Assembly: GCA_022813965.1 (NCBI GenBank)
Contig: JALDZS010000089.1
Span: 1-64,000, forward strand
Direction of reading: 5' to 3'
DNA from: Toensbergia leucococca
Taxonomy: Eukaryota
DNA: 64,000 nucleotides
Position numbers and translations under genes: made by a program. The notes beneath the pieces are model-generated. The model had not been told where the DNA came from. It saw only the letters and a program-made list of their open reading frames with translations, and ran no database searches. Below, piece by piece: positions 58,803 to 64,000 of the stretch (position 1 is the first letter of the stretch; each line of letters opens with the position of its first letter).

Positions 58803-60054
58803 CTTTGAGGTTGGATTTTGGAAATGCGAGGATGATCACATTGTTAATGGCTTCTACCACACGAGTATTTCGTGTGCGCCGAGGGCCTCTCCGTCGACGC
58901 GAATTTCTCGTGCCAATCTTTAAAGCCATGGCACGTGATCGAAGGGAAATGCTGACCTCATCCATGCTGCTGCTTCCCAGGATACGACGTAAATGTTCGG
59001 ATGATACCACCACTCTTAACCGTTGAAAAAGAGTGAGGACTTGAACAATCTTTCATCTCCTGCCAGGCTCCAGAATATGGTCTTCAAGATGGATGGTTGA
59101 AAAGGACCGTCGGAGTATTTTTAGGAGCCTTGCTGATTCTACGTAATATCTTACCCAACGGCACTCACAGTAGATCACTAAAACCAAGCCACAGAGAGGT
59201 ATGATGCTCGACTACAACTCAACTTTGTGATGTAACCCTGGAGGAACAGCAGGATGTTTCCACAAAGAGCTCATGGCTTTCCTGTAGTGGGCAAACGCGT
59301 GGCTATTGTCCCGATTAGGCAGTGCCCATGCATCTCGATAACTTGTGAGATTGATGAGCATTCAAGCTTTGAGATCCCGCGCACTACTCTACGAGCCCTG
59401 CCTTTGGTGCCGCCAACCGGTTGATGTGACTTCATGCCCTGCTTTAGATGCTGGCTTGGGCTTACCATATTTGGAGCTTGAGAGGTCCCCTCGGAAAGAA
59501 TCCTCCGCTATTGATGAAACCCCTCGAAACCATCATTGTATCCTCCTCGTACTCTCTGTGTAAACCCCACTGTTGGTCTGTCATTTCTACACACTGAATG
59601 CGCCCATCTGACTATTGTCACTTTCACCCGTGGCCTTATCCACTGCCTGACCGCCATCATCTGCTGACTGGTCCATCCTTGTCTTGCTCTAGAATAGGCC
59701 CGCCCTTCCGACAGTTCCTAGCTGCGCTGAGCATATCTGTAGCCAGTGATACCGCCATTTGAACCTTTCGCCAAGCAGATCCGACTACTTGCTGATCTAA
59801 ATACATCAAACACAGTCATCTTTGTTGTCGTGTGTTGGCTTTGTCCCCCCTTGCTTGGACAACTCACCCAGGGTTAATACACCTGTAAGTACTTGCTGTC
59901 TTTTCCACCCTACCTACTTGCCCTTTACTCTGCGATCTCCGCCGGTCCTTTGTGATAAGCATCATGTCAATTTCCACCAATGGATTTTCTGTTCTGTGAA
60001 CTCCTCTCCACTGGCTGCCATATATAGTGCATAAGCACCATCCTTTCCACGATC

Positions 60055-62712
60055 ATGTCCGCTTCACCAGGCAATCACTTACCGTCCTACTCTAGCACGG
60101 CAGGCTACCTCGAAATCGAATCGCGGAGAGGTCACCTCTACTACGCTTCACCAAGCCGTGTTTCACTCCCAGACCTCCCACCTTGTTTGTTTCAACCTCG
60201 AATTGCTCGTCCTCACTGTCTCCAAGTCGCTCGAGTGCCAGCAGATTCATGCATTGGCAAGGTCACTAAAAGGAGCCCTAAGAATATCTTCACATTTTCT
60301 CGAAAGCTGGCGATTCCAAGGGACAGCGCAAAACGTTTCCTTCGTTACGTTGCCTCTCCTCACTACCCCGCCCATTCCGATACATCCGCTACAGGATCCT
60401 CTGAAATCCTGAATTCATCACGATCATTGAATAATAGTAGAGCGCAATCTACAGAAGAGATGATAATCTCGGATGGGGTTCGCAATGGACACGCGAGGAG
60501 TAATACGATGGTCGGCGGGCCTGTCAGTGGCATGATCAATCGACCTACACTGGCAGAAAATGTTAGGACTGGGTCGGGGACTTCGATTGGATCAACAGGG
60601 AGCACTTCCAGTACCCCTTATATTGCTGGAGCCATTGGCGATGAGAAGCCCATAGCTTCTGGAAATGGTGTAGCAATGTCAATTGCACTTGCAGAGCCTG
60701 TCCTCTTTCTTCAAGGCTTTGACCAATCTGATGTGGGCTCCCGAACGACAACCATGCTCAGAGGAAGTTTGCATCTAAGGGTGTCAAAAAGCGCTAAGGT
60801 GAAGGCCGTCACTCTGAATTTTCGAGGTCGTGCGGAAACAGAATGGCCTGAAGGTATGAGGCGTTTTAGACAATCCTTGGATTTCCGATGGCGGTATCAT
60901 AATTACTGACGTTACGTTGTTAAAAGGTATACCACCGAAAAAGACAGAATTCAAAGACGTGCAGGGTATCATGAACCATACGTGGCCATTTTTCAATGCA
61001 CATTTTCAAACAGCGGAATTTGGTTCAGGGGCAGATTCAGTAAAACCTCTCAAAGGACCTTCAACTACGACGAGGGAACTTAACGCTCCGGGTGTTACGT
61101 CTTCTGCCTTCGAACATGTTCAGAGATCCTCCGTGGCTCAAAATAGTCAATTGACTGCGAAAGAGGCAAAGCTCCTATCTCTACAAGTTAATCAGTCTCG
61201 CAGCTTTGGCAAAGGAGAATCAGCCGCCGGAAGCGGGACAGTTACTCAGAAGGGCTATCGTACCTTTACCCCAGGAGACTACATTTACAACTTTGAATTA
61301 CCTATCGACTCTCGTCTTCCGGAGACCATCAACGTCGAGCTTGGTAGTGTAAAATATGAGTTGGAAGCCACTGTTGAGCGTGCTGGAGCATTTAGAGCAA
61401 ATCTTATAGGTTCAAAAGAAGTTGTTCTTATTCGTGCTCCAGCTGAAGGCTCTCTCGAACAAGTTGAGCCCATTGCTATTTCAAGAAATTGGGAAGATCA
61501 ACTGCATTATGACATAGTCATTTCCGGCAAATCATTTCCACTCGGTGCTCAGGTGCCCATCGCTTTCAAACTCACGCCACTGGCTAAGGTTCAATGCCAT
61601 CGAATCAAAGTCTTCGTGACGGAAAACATACAATACTATACCAGTGACAAGCGTGTTCATCGGCTGGAACCAACTCGAAAAGTCCAACTATTTGAAAAAA
61701 GAGCAGATGCACCAAGCACGAGTGCTTATCCAGGTAGCTCTGTTCGAATTACTGCTGGGGGTGGGGTTGCGTACGACGGCCGAGCAGCTGCAGCAAGGGG
61801 AGACGAAAACGTGCCAAGAGATGTCACGAATTTGTTGGGCGATCTAGACGGAGAGGCAAACGTTGGACCCACAGAGATGGAATTTAGTGTCCAGTTACCT
61901 AGTTGTCATTTCGCCGGAGAGAGGGACAACAACCCCAAAATTCATTTTGACACAACCTATCAAGGTATTCAGGTGCACCATTGGATAAAGGTATGATTTG
62001 ATCTTCTGTTCCTGGTCAGCCTCATAATCTTACGTTCCCTCAGATCGTAATGCGGCTTTCCAAACCCGATGCTCTTGATCCAAGCAAACGTCGACATTTT
62101 GAAATATCTATCGATTCTCCTTTTCATATTCTATCTTGCCAGGCAACTCAGGCGAACATCGCTCTCCCGGCCTATTCATCTCCGGAGTCAGCTACTCTGT
62201 TGACCGACCATTACGAGTGTGGCTGTCCTGGAGCTCCCAAACGTCGAAACTCTCCATCTACTATACTGCCAACTTTGAGAGATTTTCGGAATGAAAATGA
62301 TGACTCTGCATCGAGCTCCCCAAGCTCTTCCAACGTCTCTGTCTCATCTCCCCTCCATACCAATCTGGCACGACCGCAAGCTGCACATATCCGAGGAGAC
62401 CCGAATTCGGGCGTTAGCCGACCAATCCATCTATTACGCAATCCCTCTTTCAATCCTCCAGCTTTCGAAGACGAAGAGGCTCCGCCTCCACTAATAACGC
62501 CACCACCTCAGTATGAGACTATAGTTGGAGGTGACCCAAGGAGTGGTTTAGCGGACTACTTCTCTAGATTGGCAGATGAAGTGGGTGAGGATGAGGATGA
62601 AAACATGAGTAGGTCAAGGATGGAGCTCCCTCTTACTCCCGGTGGACGAGTCAACAGGAGTATGGATGAGAGGAGGACATGGGAGCCGATTGGACACGCG
62701 GTTGCGCAGTGA
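60055..62712 (+). CDS. Alpha-arrestin ubiquitin-ligase adaptor (Aly/ApyA-like), 3 exons, start uncertain
   Basis: LAEPVLFLQG, LRGSL, EWPEG|IPPKK, PGDYIYNFELP, SRNWEDQLHYDIVISGK motifs; PY motifs LPAY and PPQY; introns start at ~60854 and 61991. Confidence 0.88.
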
Positions 62713-63376
62713 GATACAGAAGAGGGCAGATGCAATGAAAACTAACGACGGTTGTGCTATCAAGTGTAACAACACACGGGAAGCTGGAACAGGCATTTGA
62801 TCGAGGTTGCGGAAGCTTAGTATTTAGCTGCATTGCATACAGGAGCAAGGAGTTGGGGCCGAGCTTGGACTTGTGGGATGTTAAGGTCGAGCATGTTCAT
62901 ATCTGATCTATGCTTTTGAATTTACAACTATTAGGATACTTGAAGCAATTTGGTGAGATAGATACTCAGTCGTTGCCAGAAGTGAAATCAAGATGATCAT
63001 CCCCTCCGAATTAAAAATTAGAGGCTCAACATGAGGCCGAATTCTGACTGGGCACCCTCGGTAAAATGACAAGCCAATAGGTAACCAGATTTACTACCAG
63101 GGAGTCATCATCATGCCGTTTCTGTATGAGGAGCTGGACGAGATTTCAAAGCAGCATCATACCCCGCTGACAAATGGCAAATTCCCACCTACTGACTGCT
63201 GCAGTGCTGCCCCTCTCATGCACAGTTCCGATGACCTCACCATTGTATAGAAATAGGTCCGACGTTGCCAGACTTCCTTTCCCTTCATGCTTCGTTCATC
63301 GCAGCGAGCAATTGGAATATTATATCACATCGCTGCTCCCGTCAACAGGCCCATTACTACACTTAGTTCACGCGCC

Positions 63377-64000
63377 ATGTCTCACTCCCTTTATCAAGAA
63401 GATACCCCGGCCGACGTGAAGAATGCCAAGGTGAGTAAATGGGAAGGCAGAAGATGGAAGAGGCTGTCCTTTGAGCTTGGGCTTACCACCTCCTTCTAGG
63501 GCCTTCATCTCATTACACAAAGTACCCCCAATGGCCAAAAGGTGCAGATTATGCTCGAGGAGCTTAAGGAAATATATGGTACCGAATGGACCACCACGTT
63601 CATGTAATCATCCCTCGACTTGTCCACAAGTGCACCGAGTCTTGACCGTATTGGCTTAGCAATATCATGACCAACGAGCAAAAGAAGGATTGGTTTCTCC
63701 GACTCAATCCCAATGGTAAACATGCTTCCCATCTCCAAAATCTCCGATGACCTGTCCTTGTACTAATTAATGAAATCAGGCCGTATCCCAGTTCTAGTCG
63801 ACAATACCCAGTCTCCTCCCTTCACCGTTATGGAGACCAGCGCAGAGCTACTCTACCTCCTAAAATTCGCCGACAAAGACGACGTCTTCGGCTTCAAAGA
63901 CGAACTCGAACGCAGTCAAGCCCTGCAATGGCTTTTCTTCTGGCACGGAAGCGGTGCTCCCTACCAAGGCCAAATGAACCACTTCAACAAGTTCGCAAAG
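63377..64000 (+). CDS. Glutathione S-transferase (Ure2/GstA-like), partial; runs off the window end
   Basis: GLHLITQSTPNGQKVQIMLEEL...EQKKDWFLRLNPNG|RIPVLVD...METSAEL...QWLFFWHGSGAPYQGQ; three introns. Confidence 0.92.

Overview
Gene-dense nuclear DNA of a filamentous ascomycete (Pezizomycotina), shown by short GT-AG introns with CTRAC branch points; a lichen-forming Lecanoromycete is only a guess. About 22 mostly housekeeping genes are recognisable: an NDUFAF6-like gene, a DUF985 cupin, RTA1, IBA57, CWC23, a secreted IgE-binding-like protein, RNR2, SRP9/21, DUF1308, PTM1, CTU2, DUF4112, DCP2, RAD5, a DPR dehydrin-like protein, an alpha/beta hydrolase, a Clg1-type cyclin, FZO1, VPS2, a Dpb11/TopBP1-like BRCT protein, an alpha-arrestin and a truncated GST. 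A gene-poor accessory block (~27.6-35 kb) holds an LTR-retrotransposon relic, transition-riddled AT-rich DNA, a ~157-nt multi-hairpin element whose non-Watson-Crick pairs are almost all G.U on the + strand, and a MITE-like element. The strongest unexplained signal is a set of about a dozen abrupt compositional switch points: the + strand is C/A-rich to the left and G/T-rich to the right, whatever the gene orientation, and synonymous codon use flips in the middle of conserved genes. This is the polarity expected at fixed bidirectional replication origins. All calls were made by eye; no database searches or folding programs were run, and exon boundaries are hand-inferred.
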